The notes beneath the pieces are model-generated. The model ran no database searches, was not told where the DNA came from, and saw only the letters and a list, made by a program, of their open reading frames with translations. From positions 1 through 35,884 of the forward strand of contig DATIET010000269.1 of NCBI GenBank assembly GCA_035455615.1: a DNA stretch of 35,884 nt, read 5' to 3'. The DNA comes from Thermodesulfobacteriota bacterium (GTDB taxonomy: Bacteria; Desulfobacterota_D; UBA1144; Nemesobacterales; UBA2774). A program made the position numbers and the translations under genes. This document shows positions 26,536 to 35,622 of the stretch, piece after piece; position 1 is the stretch's first letter, and the number at the start of each line of letters is the position of its first letter.

Positions 26536-27714
26536 ATGCCGAAGCGACTGACATCACGCCGGATCTCTAATATGCGGAACGGAACCCCCGAGAGTGTATT
26601 CTACGTAGGAAGCCCGGAGCTCTTCTCGAAAGGCGCGAGCGCCATACACATCATGAAGATGTGCCAGGCCATGGGGAGGCTCGGCATAACTGCGACCCTC
26701 CTTATCCCGGCTTACCGTACGCCCGGGGAGATGCTTCGGTACTACTGCGTGGAATCGAATTTCAGGATCGTCCCGTTCCCTTACTTCGGCAACTCGTCCG
26801 TGAGGAATATAACGCACGGCGTCCTCGCCTCTATATACGCGGGGACGCACAGGAAGGAGTTCGACCTGGCAGTCACGAGGAACATCGTGTTCGCCTCGAT
26901 CGCGACTAACGTATTCGGCGTGCCGACCGTATACGACGCGCACCATCCGCTCGTGACCGGCGCGCACCTGCTCTTCAACTCTTTCAAGCGCTCGGAGCGG
27001 CTCGTCCGGTTCTCGACCAACTCGCGCGGATTAGGCGAAATATACCTCCGCGAAGGCCTCCCTCCTGAAAAGCTCGTAGTCGCACACAACGGGGTGGACC
27101 TCCAAGTATACGGGTCGCTCCCTGAGAAAGCCCGGGCCAGGGCCGACCTCGGCCTGTCCCCGGATAAGAAGATAGTCTGCTACTCGGGCAACATATACGA
27201 GGGCAGGGGGATAGAGCACTTGATAGAGATCGCCCCCGGCATGAGCGGAGTGCTCTTCCTCATAGTGGGCGGGCTCGAGTCGGACGTCCAGCGCTGCCGC
27301 AGTCTCACCCGTGAAAAGAGAGCGGAGAACATCAGGTTCACGAGCTACGTCCACAACAATACGGTCCCGCTATATCTCGCGGCTTCGGATGTCCTCGTCA
27401 TGCCCTACACCTCGCGCATGACGATAAGGGGCGGCACCCTTGCCCGCGACTTCACTTCCCCGATAAAACTCTTCGAGTACATGGCGTCCGGGCGTCCTAT
27501 TGTAGCTACATCCATCCCGTCCGTCTCGGAGATACTCGAGGACGGCGTGAACGCGCTCCTCGTCCCCCCCGACAGCCCCGAGGCGCTCGCGGCCGGCATA
27601 AAAAGGGCGCTCGACGACGCCGCGCTCGCGAAGGCCCTATCCGGGAGGGCCGCATCCGACGCCGTGGGTTATACATGGGAGGCGAGGGCCAAAAAATTGC
27701 TCGGAATAGATTAG
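26536..27714 (+). CDS. Glycosyltransferase, GT4 (GT-B fold) family
   Basis: 392 aa. C-terminal GT1/GT4 signature region (LASDVLVMPYTS ... SPIKLFEYMASGRPIVATSIPSVSEIL.DGVNALLV). The start codon is ambiguous: a TATAAT lies only 3-4 nt before 26536, so the ATG at 26572 is an alternative. Confidence 0.8.
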   Translation: MPKRLTSRRISNMRNGTPESVFYVGSPELFSKGASAIHIMKMCQAMGRLGITATLLIPAYRTPGEMLRYYCVESNFRIVPFPYFGNSSVRNITHGVLASIYAGTHRKEFDLAVTRNIVFASIATNVFGVPTVYDAHHPLVTGAHLLFNSFKRSERLVRFSTNSRGLGEIYLREGLPPEKLVVAHNGVDLQVYGSLPEKARARADLGLSPDKKIVCYSGNIYEGRGIEHLIEIAPGMSGVLFLIVGGLESDVQRCRSLTREKRAENIRFTSYVHNNTVPLYLAASDVLVMPYTSRMTIRGGTLARDFTSPIKLFEYMASGRPIVATSIPSVSEILEDGVNALLVPPDSPEALAAGIKRALDDAALAKALSGRAASDAVGYTWEARAKKLLGID

Positions 27715-27808
27715 CTATTCAGGTTATATAATTTTTAGGGTATTTTATCACTTCAATTTTAATCGATTCTCATCAGGATTGATTTGAGCAGCGTGACAAG
27801 GTAAAGAA

Positions 27809-29320
27809 GTGAGGGTGATGCACAGGTATCTCTTTATATTTTTGACCCTACTCGCCGCATTCCAGGCGTCGGCAGAGGAGGATGTCCGCGTGAACGAGAT
27901 GTTCGATTACGCATTCTCCGAGAACGCCGCCACGGGGCAGAAGCAGGAGGAAGGGAAGGACGGGGAATTCGTCACTGGCGAGGAGGGGAGGGAGCGCCTC
28001 GGCTTAAACGCCTTCCTCCGCGATTCCGCCATAATGTACGGGGGCCTCTGGGCGTCCAGGTTTTTCTACGTAAGGAACAAGAACAGCAGGATATTCGATA
28101 CGTCCTTTTCCAAATGGTGGCACAACATCACGCAGTGGCCGGAATGGGACGACGGGGATTCGTTCTTCACCAACTGGGTCACGCACCCCACGATAGGAGC
28201 GGTGGAGTATCTCTTCTACAGGCAGATGGGGCACGGCTACCTCGTTTCCGCCCTGGGCGTGGTGCTACAGAGCACGCTCTTCGAGTACACGATCGAGGGC
28301 ACGGTCGAAGTCCCTTCGCTCGTCGACCTCGTATCGACGCCGCTCGTCGGCGTCCCGATGGGGTTCGCGCTCGAGAAGTCCTCCGACTGGCTCGTATCCA
28401 CGGACTTCGTTCCGGCGAAGATACTCGGCCACATTCTTAACCCCATGAGGAACTTCATCTACGAGAGACAGGTCGGCATATACAACCCCTTCTCGAAGAC
28501 GTTCTTTTCGGTGACCGGGCCTATAGTGTTCACGCCTAATAAGGACATCGCTATCGACCTCGCGTATCCATACTTCCTCGAGGAACCGCTCCCGATGGGC
28601 AGGTTCAGGGCGGACCTCGAGATCCTCAACCTCAAGAAGAAAAACAGCGGACAGTTCATATTCTATTCGCTCCGGGCCGACGTACCTTCCAAGAGCGGGC
28701 TCTGGGGCGTCTATGTGAAAATAGCGCAGTCCGGGGTGAACTCGGTCGTTATAAACGGCGAAGAAGTGAGGGACGGGTTCGAGTTCGCGAACGTGCTCGC
28801 GGGCGGGAAGGCCATCCTCTGGAAGTCCCACAATTCGGCAATCTCCGGAGGCGTCGAGCTGATATTGCCGACCTCTTACAAGGACAACATAGACAGGCTT
28901 TCGACGGTCACGATGTTCAAAAGGAACTTCCCTATAAATTTGCAGAAGGCCTGGACCGTGACCCCGTACGTGACCGCGGCCGCGTGGAAAGGGATATTCA
29001 ACGTGCAGGCGATGGCTTCGACGGACGTTGTGTTTAACGCAGGGGAGCTCGAAGGGAACTCTGCCGAGTGGAGGCTCAATTACGGGGCCTCGGCCGGGGC
29101 GAACTTCCCGGTGATCGCGTCCCCCGTGCTCTACGCGGAGTTCGGCGCGTACACGACCCTCACGGCCGACACGTTTCAGAAGAACGGCATGTTCATGACG
29201 TCGGGCGTGAGGTTCGGGAGGAAGTTCAGCCCGGGCTTCGCGATGCAGCTCCCGGTTTACGGAGCGGACAGAGACATTGACAGGTTCAGCTATATGTTCG
29301 ACTTCCAGATAAGGTTCTAG
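27809..29320 (+). CDS. Exported protein, DUF3943-like N-terminal domain plus putative C-terminal beta-barrel (paralog 1)
   Basis: 503 aa. Signal peptide LFIFLTLLAAFQASA. Conserved block WDDGDSFFTNWVTHPTIGAVEYLFYRQMGHGY...QSTLFEYTIEG...PSLVDLVSTPLVGVPMG. Alternating-hydrophobicity C-terminal half ends in FDFQIRF. The start is GTG 27809 or ATG 27818. Confidence 0.75.
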   Translation: MRVMHRYLFIFLTLLAAFQASAEEDVRVNEMFDYAFSENAATGQKQEEGKDGEFVTGEEGRERLGLNAFLRDSAIMYGGLWASRFFYVRNKNSRIFDTSFSKWWHNITQWPEWDDGDSFFTNWVTHPTIGAVEYLFYRQMGHGYLVSALGVVLQSTLFEYTIEGTVEVPSLVDLVSTPLVGVPMGFALEKSSDWLVSTDFVPAKILGHILNPMRNFIYERQVGIYNPFSKTFFSVTGPIVFTPNKDIAIDLAYPYFLEEPLPMGRFRADLEILNLKKKNSGQFIFYSLRADVPSKSGLWGVYVKIAQSGVNSVVINGEEVRDGFEFANVLAGGKAILWKSHNSAISGGVELILPTSYKDNIDRLSTVTMFKRNFPINLQKAWTVTPYVTAAAWKGIFNVQAMASTDVVFNAGELEGNSAEWRLNYGASAGANFPVIASPVLYAEFGAYTTLTADTFQKNGMFMTSGVRFGRKFSPGFAMQLPVYGADRDIDRFSYMFDFQIRF

Positions 29321-29892
29321 TCCTTCATTCCTTCTTTAATTCAGTCATGCTGAACTATGTTTCTGAGCACGATTGCAAACAAGCGCGCAATCGGTCGATC
29401 ATCGCAGATTGCAAAGAAGATCCTTATCCTCTTCTTGAGGAATATCAATCCAAAATATTCAGGGTCTCGTCTTTATCCCGTTCGTCCTTCGGCACACAAT
29501 GTGTGCTCATTTATGATTCCATCCAACTCCTTCGATAAAGGGGGATTCTCCACACTCAATTGACACACGTTTGCCAGCGGATGCTATCCGCCGCAGAACC
29601 TGCGCTCGGATACGATCCCTCTGTCGCGCCTTAGCTCTAGCCAAAGAATGGAGCCGAGATAATCCTGGGCTGCGTGTCTGTCCTGAGCGAAGTCGCTCGT
29701 TTCGGCAAAGGCCTGAGCCGTAGCCGGGAAGGATCGAAGGATTGAAAGGGTTGTACTATCATATATCCGCGGCGGCTCCCCGCCCGGACGAATTTGGAGC
29801 ATTCGTAAATTCTTCTTTTATTTCCGCTAAATTATTGTTAAAATGTGCTATGCGCCCGGACGTGATCTCTCGGCCTTGGCGCTTAAGGGAGG

Positions 29893-31407
29893 ATGTGGTT
29901 GAAGGCGACAATCGTATGTACCGCTTTACTCATGATTTTTCAGCTCGTCCCTGCCTCGGCCGAGGATAGTCCCTACCTTTACGCGGCCGGGGAATCCGTC
30001 ACTCCCCACGAACCTGACGACGCCGTATTGCCCGTTGAGCCTCCAGCCGGCGAGGAGCCCGCTCCCAAACCCAACCTGAGGCCGCCCGGATTCAAGACCT
30101 ACATGGAAGACACGACCATCTGGTACGGCGCGCAGTGGGCGGCGAGGCTCTGGTGGGTGAGGGACAAGAACCTCAAGATCTTCGACGGAGGGTTCCACAC
30201 GTTCTGGAGCAACCTGACGAGCGAGCCGCTTTGGGACGACGAGGACGATTTCGTCGTCAACTGGGTGCTCCACCCGTTCTTCGGCATGCTCTCCTACCAG
30301 TTCTACAGGGCGAGGGGACACAGCGTCTGGGCATCGGCCCTGGGCTCGGTCATACAGAGCACGCTCTTCGAATACGGAATCGAGGGGTGGGCGGTCAGGC
30401 CCTCTGGCCTCGATCTCATCGTTACCCCTGCCCTCGGCGTACCGCTCGGATGGACGATGGAGCAGTTCTCCGAATGGCTGATACAGCAGGACTCCAAGGT
30501 CGCCAGGGTCGCTGCGTACGTCACGAACCCGACGAGGGTCTTCGTCAAGGACACACAGTTCGGCCTCATCAACCCCGTAACGGGCGCGTTCCAGTACCGG
30601 GGGCAGTTCACGATATCAACGACGAAGGGCAAGGCGCTCGAGCTCGGTTACCCGAAATTCTTCGAGCCCCCGCTCCCGCTCGGCAGGGTGGGGATAGACC
30701 TCGAACTTATCACGCTCGAGAAGGCGCTCGGCGGGGAGTTCATACTATATCCGATGAGGCTCGAGTTCCCGTCCGAGAGCAATTACTGGGGGGTCTACAC
30801 GGACATACCGTATGGCGGAACGAACAATGTGACCGACGGGGATACGGACATAAGGGACGGATACGAGTTCGGGAACCTGATGGTCGGGGTGAAATCGCTC
30901 CTGGCGAAATCGAAGGACTTCGCCCTGGGCGCTGGGCTCGAGGTTTATTTCCCGACCTCGTTCACCGACGACCAGGACAGGCTAGCGCAGATTATAAAAT
31001 ACAGAAGGGACTTCCAGATGTACCTCTACAAGGCGACGACCGTTTCGCCGTACGTCACGGCGGGGGCGTGGAGAGGGCCTTTCAGCGTGCAGGGCGCGCT
31101 CGGCTCGGACTTCATTTTCAACGCCGAGGAATTCGCTGGGCAGGACTTCGAGTTCAGGATCAACTACCACGCGGCCGCGGGGCTGAACGTCCCCATGACG
31201 GGGTCGCCGATCCTGTACTGCGAATTCGATGGGTACTCGATCACGACGTACGACGGCGCGGGAGGGGGCACGGACCTGTTCCTCACTCCGGGCATAAGGT
31301 TCGGGAAAAAGTACAGCCCTGGCTTCTCGGCCCAGCTCCCGGTCTACGGGCCTACGAAGGACATCGCCGACGCCGATTTCGTGTTCGACTTCCAGCTCCG
31401 GGTCTGA
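29893..31407 (+). CDS. Exported protein, DUF3943-like N-terminal domain plus putative C-terminal beta-barrel (paralog 2)
   Basis: 504 aa. Alignable end to end with 27809..29320 (WDDEDDFVVNWVLHPFFGMLSYQFYRARGH, QSTLFEYGIEG, SPYVTAGAWRGPFSVQ, SPGFSAQLPVYG). Ends in FDFQLRV. AAGGGAGG abuts the ATG, so the TTG at 29899 is an alternative start. Confidence 0.75.
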   Translation: MWLKATIVCTALLMIFQLVPASAEDSPYLYAAGESVTPHEPDDAVLPVEPPAGEEPAPKPNLRPPGFKTYMEDTTIWYGAQWAARLWWVRDKNLKIFDGGFHTFWSNLTSEPLWDDEDDFVVNWVLHPFFGMLSYQFYRARGHSVWASALGSVIQSTLFEYGIEGWAVRPSGLDLIVTPALGVPLGWTMEQFSEWLIQQDSKVARVAAYVTNPTRVFVKDTQFGLINPVTGAFQYRGQFTISTTKGKALELGYPKFFEPPLPLGRVGIDLELITLEKALGGEFILYPMRLEFPSESNYWGVYTDIPYGGTNNVTDGDTDIRDGYEFGNLMVGVKSLLAKSKDFALGAGLEVYFPTSFTDDQDRLAQIIKYRRDFQMYLYKATTVSPYVTAGAWRGPFSVQGALGSDFIFNAEEFAGQDFEFRINYHAAAGLNVPMTGSPILYCEFDGYSITTYDGAGGGTDLFLTPGIRFGKKYSPGFSAQLPVYGPTKDIADADFVFDFQLRV

Positions 31408-32182
31408 GGGGGAGGGGATTTCTCTTTTTGTTCTGTCATTGTTGTAGATGTTAAATAATTCGTGGCTGGAATTTTTCTGGATAACATGTAATGAAGGGGG
31501 TTTGTATTTCCCGACATGCACAAACGATTCCGAGCTAGTGAGGAATTGGTCGCGCCTGGTTGAGAGCACGAACGTATTATCCATCCTCCCATCGTTATTG
31601 AAGCCAAATTAGAGGAATCGGTCGCCCTTGCTTATGAGCAACAACGTAAATTCATCCGGCACGACAAATCTTCATCGCTCCTTATGCGGGCGGAATTGAT
31701 AGATTTTCGCCGTAATAAGATATTTTAGCCAGGATTCTGTGCTGTCTTTTCATAAACCATACTACGTGTGTGATTTTTGCTTCTTTCCAGGCTACGGCAG
31801 GCTCCGCCCTGACGAGTCATCAAGGAAAAGAAGAGCAATATATCGCTTTCTTTTGTATTCCGATGGGACAACTTTTGTCCACGAATTACTTGACATCTAA
31901 AATTGCGAGGAACGGTTCTGAACGTGTGCAAGAACCGATGGCCGAAATGACACAATGTGGGGAAGTCCTGTGTAAAAAAGTAACGCATTACCCGATCGTT
32001 TCCTCGAACCCATGCTCCGGGCATCGGTGCGCTCGCATCACCTCTATCGTGCCTGCCATCCCTTAAAGCCTCTGCAGTAAACTCGTCCCGGTTTCTGGTC
32101 GGAGCTAATGTATTAAAACTATGGAATTATTATCAGTACCGCAAGCAGACTTTTGTATTTATAAAAAAGTACTTGAGGCCTG

Positions 32183-32211
32183 TTTACATTTATGCTTAAC
32201 TATAATATAAT
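32183..32211 (+). promoter_or_regulatory. Near-consensus sigma70 promoter heading the low-GC two-component module
   Basis: TTTACA (32183..32188), a 17-nt spacer, then TATAAT (32206..32211). It lies in AT-rich DNA, so a chance match is possible. Confidence 0.45.
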
Positions 32212-32256
32212 AATTTGGGGGTTTCTGTTTTCTTTTATTCTGAGGTGGTCGGAATA

Positions 32257-32484
32257 ATGGAAAAAACTTTAAATTTCGGGGTGGTCCGTACCAAAATTGC
32301 CTTGATTAAACTGACCTGCATGTCAGTTATCTGTGTGTTATATCTTATTAAAAAGAAATTTGGTTCTCACCACTCCATAATACCTAAAACACATGACGAG
32401 GATCCGGATCTATTCGCCAGTGGGGTATTCTTCTCAATTCTATTCTCCAAGCGGTTGATTCCGAATTCTCTGATTACTATTTGA
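32257..32484 (+). CDS. Possible small hydrophobic protein (75 aa)
   Basis: ATG at 32257 with GAGGTGG 8 nt upstream. One hydrophobic stretch (IALIKLTCMSVICVLYLI). No recognisable family. Confidence 0.25.
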   Translation: MEKTLNFGVVRTKIALIKLTCMSVICVLYLIKKKFGSHHSIIPKTHDEDPDLFASGVFFSILFSKRLIPNSLITI

Positions 32485-32519
32485 TACCGTATTTAGAAAG
32501 TTGTAAGGGAGGATATCAA

Positions 32520-32633
32520 TTGCCAGCAATTATGAAAATTTTAGTGTTAGATTGCTTGCAAACCATGCATATACAAACTCCCAATTATCTAACTGGTGGA
32601 ACGAGTTATGTAAGTATAGGGATATGGGTATGA
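32520..32633 (+). CDS. Possible 37-codon small ORF behind a strong Shine-Dalgarno
   Basis: AAGGGAGG (32505..32512) lies 7 nt before the TTG at 32520. An in-frame ATG is at 32532. It encodes MPAIMKILVLDCLQTMHIQTPNYLTGGTSYVSIGIWV, with a stop at 32631..32633. Confidence 0.2.
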   Translation: MPAIMKILVLDCLQTMHIQTPNYLTGGTSYVSIGIWV

Positions 32634-32708
32634 CTAAATTAAATTTAGTAGAAATAAAAAATTTATGAGAGATTCTTGTACACGTAATATCAAGTCGACG
32701 GGTAGAGC

Positions 32709-34958
32709 ATGATAATGAAGGGCATGATTGAGAATACCAAAATTATGAAACCAACTAGTAATGAACCTCTATTGCTCCATCAGAACATCGATCGAAGTAC
32801 CTACAATCTTGTATTTGTATTAAATATTAATTACGAACTTATATTTACCAGTCCCAACCTTGTTAGTGTTTTGGGTTATGAAGCCGAAGGTTTTGTGGGT
32901 ACAAACTTTTTTCAACATGTTCATACTGATGATTGTGAGAGGGTTAAGGCCGAATTTGATAATTCATTTTGGATTATTTCCAAAATAATCGGACAAGATA
33001 ATTATGAACTTAATGTCGGCGACATTTTTAAGTTAACAACAAAAGACCGGATTAAGACTTTTCTACAAAACTATTCTAAAACACTCAGATCTCTGTCTGC
33101 AATTAAGCCAATTATGTTCAGAGTCAAACGAAAGAACGGAAAATGGTGCTGGCTTGAAAGCAGCGGTATCCCTTTTCTTGCGGAACATGGCGAGATCATG
33201 ATAACGATTTCAGCCTGTGACGTCACAGAGCGCATTAAGCTGCAGGAGGCGCTTAAATTTAACTTGAAGAAGCTTAACAAAACAAGAAGGCATGAGAGTA
33301 TCATACGGGCTATTACTCAAGATGTTCACAAAACTATCAATTTACAGGAAGTGTTTGATAACGCTGTTTATGCCATTCACAAAAACGTACTTGGGGCGAA
33401 AAATGTTGCAATATACATAATTGAGAATGGCAATGCGGTTATTAAGTCTCACAATGGATTCCCCGATAGGTTTCTCGATAGAGTAAGAATAATTCCTTAT
33501 CCCAAAGACTACACATGGAAAACGATTATTGATGAGAAGTCCATATACTGTGCCGATGTAGTCAGGGATCCCATAGTCGGCAGAGTGGGAAGGGAGATTG
33601 GAGTTAAAAGTTATTTATCAATGCCTATTCGTTCCAGGAACAGTATACTGGGTGTGATAAATATTAGTTCAACCAAGAAAAATATCTTCGACAAGAATGA
33701 GTTGATGTTGCTTGAACATATAACGCAGCAAATAGAAACCGCTATCAATAATGCTCAAAAAGCTGAAAAGTTAAGAAAGAGTGAAAAACGTTTCAGGACC
33801 CTCTTCGAAAATGTGCCAACCGGGGTTTATAGAATTACTCCTGACGGCCAGATACTGGATGCGAATCCGTCATTCATAGCTATGCTGGGTTTTTCATCGA
33901 TAGAGGAATTGGCCGTAAATGTGATTCAACATCAGCATTTCAGGTGCGATGGTACCTGGGAGGAAGTCAGGAAAACCATTGAGCGGCATGGAGAGATAAA
34001 AGGCATGGAATCCGTATGGAATAAACGGGACGGGACAAAGATATTTGTACTTGAGAATATTACGGTGCTGAGAACAGACGACGGAAATATTTTATTTTAT
34101 GAAGGGACAGTCGAAGAAATTACCGAACGTAAAGTAGCGGAAAATAAGTTAAAAGAGGTTAATTTAAATCTGGAAAAGGAGATCAGCAGAAGAACTGCTC
34201 TACTGATAAAAGCCAACAAATCCCTGCGAAAAGAAATATCTGAGAAGAGGCTGAAGGAAGCCGAACTCGAGAATTCATACAAGCAGCTTCGCGCACTCAC
34301 AACACACCTGGAGTCGGTACGCGAAGAAGAAAGAACCAAGATATCGCGGGAGGTTCATGACGAGTTAGGACAGTCATTGACGGGTCTGAAAATAGATCTT
34401 GACCTGCTAAGTAAGCACCTCTGCGAAAGTGATGACAATTCCCGGACCGGGAAACTCACTGAAATGATAAATAAGATGTCGGCTCTCGTTGATTATAATA
34501 TTCAGTCGGTTCGCAGAATAGCGATGGAGCTGAGACCCGGTATCCTTGATGATCTGGGAATGGTTGCAGCTATCGAATGGCAGGTACAGGATTTTGAAAA
34601 ACTTACCGGTATTAAGTGCATCTTCAGCTCTGAAGCGGAGGATATCCCCTTGGACCGAGAGGTTTCGACTGCCCTATTCCGTATTTTTCAGGAAGTCATA
34701 ACTAACATCGCGCGCCATTCGAAAGCTACAGTTGTAAATGTAAATATAAAAGACTGTCGCAGCGAATACATACTGGAAGTTGAAGATAACGGAGTAGGGA
34801 TCTCGAACGACGCGATGGTCGCTCCGCAATCCTTGGGATTACTCGGAATGAAAGAACGTGCCTTGATTTTCGGGGGTAATGTAAAGATAACAAGTGAATA
34901 TAACAAAGGGACCAAAGTCTCGGTAAATGTTCCTAAAGCGAGGTGCTCTAATGATTAG
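32709..34958 (+). CDS. Soluble sensor histidine kinase, PAS-GAF-PAS-HisKA_3-HATPase_c
   Basis: 749 aa with no TM segments. PAS-like segments near LIFTSPNLVSVLGYEAEGFVG and YRITPDGQILDANPSFIAMLGF. A GAF-like block lies between them. Coiled coil, then H-box REVHDELGQSLTGLK (HisKA_3 type). ATPase N and G boxes (EVITNIARHS, VEDNGVGIS, GLLGMKERA). Confidence 0.88.
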   Translation: MIMKGMIENTKIMKPTSNEPLLLHQNIDRSTYNLVFVLNINYELIFTSPNLVSVLGYEAEGFVGTNFFQHVHTDDCERVKAEFDNSFWIISKIIGQDNYELNVGDIFKLTTKDRIKTFLQNYSKTLRSLSAIKPIMFRVKRKNGKWCWLESSGIPFLAEHGEIMITISACDVTERIKLQEALKFNLKKLNKTRRHESIIRAITQDVHKTINLQEVFDNAVYAIHKNVLGAKNVAIYIIENGNAVIKSHNGFPDRFLDRVRIIPYPKDYTWKTIIDEKSIYCADVVRDPIVGRVGREIGVKSYLSMPIRSRNSILGVINISSTKKNIFDKNELMLLEHITQQIETAINNAQKAEKLRKSEKRFRTLFENVPTGVYRITPDGQILDANPSFIAMLGFSSIEELAVNVIQHQHFRCDGTWEEVRKTIERHGEIKGMESVWNKRDGTKIFVLENITVLRTDDGNILFYEGTVEEITERKVAENKLKEVNLNLEKEISRRTALLIKANKSLRKEISEKRLKEAELENSYKQLRALTTHLESVREEERTKISREVHDELGQSLTGLKIDLDLLSKHLCESDDNSRTGKLTEMINKMSALVDYNIQSVRRIAMELRPGILDDLGMVAAIEWQVQDFEKLTGIKCIFSSEAEDIPLDREVSTALFRIFQEVITNIARHSKATVVNVNIKDCRSEYILEVEDNGVGISNDAMVAPQSLGLLGMKERALIFGGNVKITSEYNKGTKVSVNVPKARCSND

Positions 34959-35580
34959 AATACTAATTGCAGACGACCATCCGGTAGTTCGGCTGGGTTT
35001 AAAATTAATCCTCGAAAAAGAAGCCGACTTTTCTGTGAATAATCAGGCGAGAACAGCTCGTGAAGCTCTTGAGCACGTTAGTAATATGAATTATGATTTG
35101 GTATTGCTTGATATATCGTTGCCTGACAGAAACGGACTCGAAGTATTGCATCAATTGAAAATCGAGCATCCTGAAATTAAAGTGCTGGTCATAAGTATGC
35201 ATTCTGAGGACTTATACGCAATGAGGGTTCTAAAGGAAGGCGCTTCGGGGTATTTGACCAAGGATAGCGCACCGGAGGATCTGGTAAAGGCCGTCAGGAA
35301 AGTCCTCTCGGGTGGTAAATATGTAAGCTCTTCCCTTGCTGAAAAACTGGCTCACGAACTAACAAGTGGTTCTGACCGTCCTCCAGATCGTTTTCTGTCT
35401 AACCGTGAATTTCAGGTGATGTGTATGATCGCCTCCGGAAAGAAAATTAAGGATATATCCAATGAACTTTATTTAAGTGAAAAAACTGTAAGTACTTACC
35501 GTGCCCGGATATTGCTAAAAATGAACTTGAAGAATAATGCCGAAATAATCAGATATACAATAAATAATAAGCTGATTTGA
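34951..35580 (+). CDS. NarL/LuxR-family response regulator (REC plus HTH)
   Basis: MIRILIADDHPVVR start with GAGGTG 6 nt upstream, overlapping the kinase stop by 8 nt (ATGATTAG). Phospho-acceptor context DLVLLDISLPD. LuxR HTH LSNREFQVMCMIASGKKIKDISNELYLSEKTVSTYRARIL. Confidence 0.9.
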   Translation: MIRILIADDHPVVRLGLKLILEKEADFSVNNQARTAREALEHVSNMNYDLVLLDISLPDRNGLEVLHQLKIEHPEIKVLVISMHSEDLYAMRVLKEGASGYLTKDSAPEDLVKAVRKVLSGGKYVSSSLAEKLAHELTSGSDRPPDRFLSNREFQVMCMIASGKKIKDISNELYLSEKTVSTYRARILLKMNLKNNAEIIRYTINNKLI

Positions 35581-35594
35581 TTCTATCTATGTTG

Positions 35595-35622
35595 CCTGAT
35601 TTACGGCATTGATCAGGTTTTT
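35595..35622 (+). terminator. Putative rho-independent terminator after the response regulator
   Basis: CCTGAT (35595..35600) pairs with ATCAGG (35612..35617), followed by TTTTT. The stem is short and AT-rich. Confidence 0.4.

Noticed and set aside
29584-29802. 72-aa minus-strand ORF in the spacer between the paralogs
   Set aside because: It has no SD and odd composition, and it coincides with the hairpin-rich GC segment. I treat the region as possible structured RNA or decayed sequence rather than a gene.
30135-31454. 439-aa same-strand alternate-frame ORF over paralog 2
   Set aside because: The product is dominated by Arg/Gly/Pro/His with no motifs. The overlapping frame (29893..31407) has a signal peptide and end-to-end similarity to its paralog, so this one is a frame artefact.
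31725-32066. Mutually overlapping 98-99-aa ORFs on both strands in the low-GC spacer
   Set aside because: The products are Arg/Cys/His/Phe-rich and have no SD or recognisable motif, and each ORF masks the other. They are more likely chance frames or badly decayed remnants, and I could not recognise any transposase or integrase signature by eye.
32520-32633. Interpreting the 37-codon ORF as a secreted quorum-sensing pheromone sensed by the adjacent kinase
   Set aside because: The kinase has no transmembrane or periplasmic segment and is not an HPK10/LytTR-type pair, and no processing exporter is in the window. The Gly-Gly resemblance alone is not enough.
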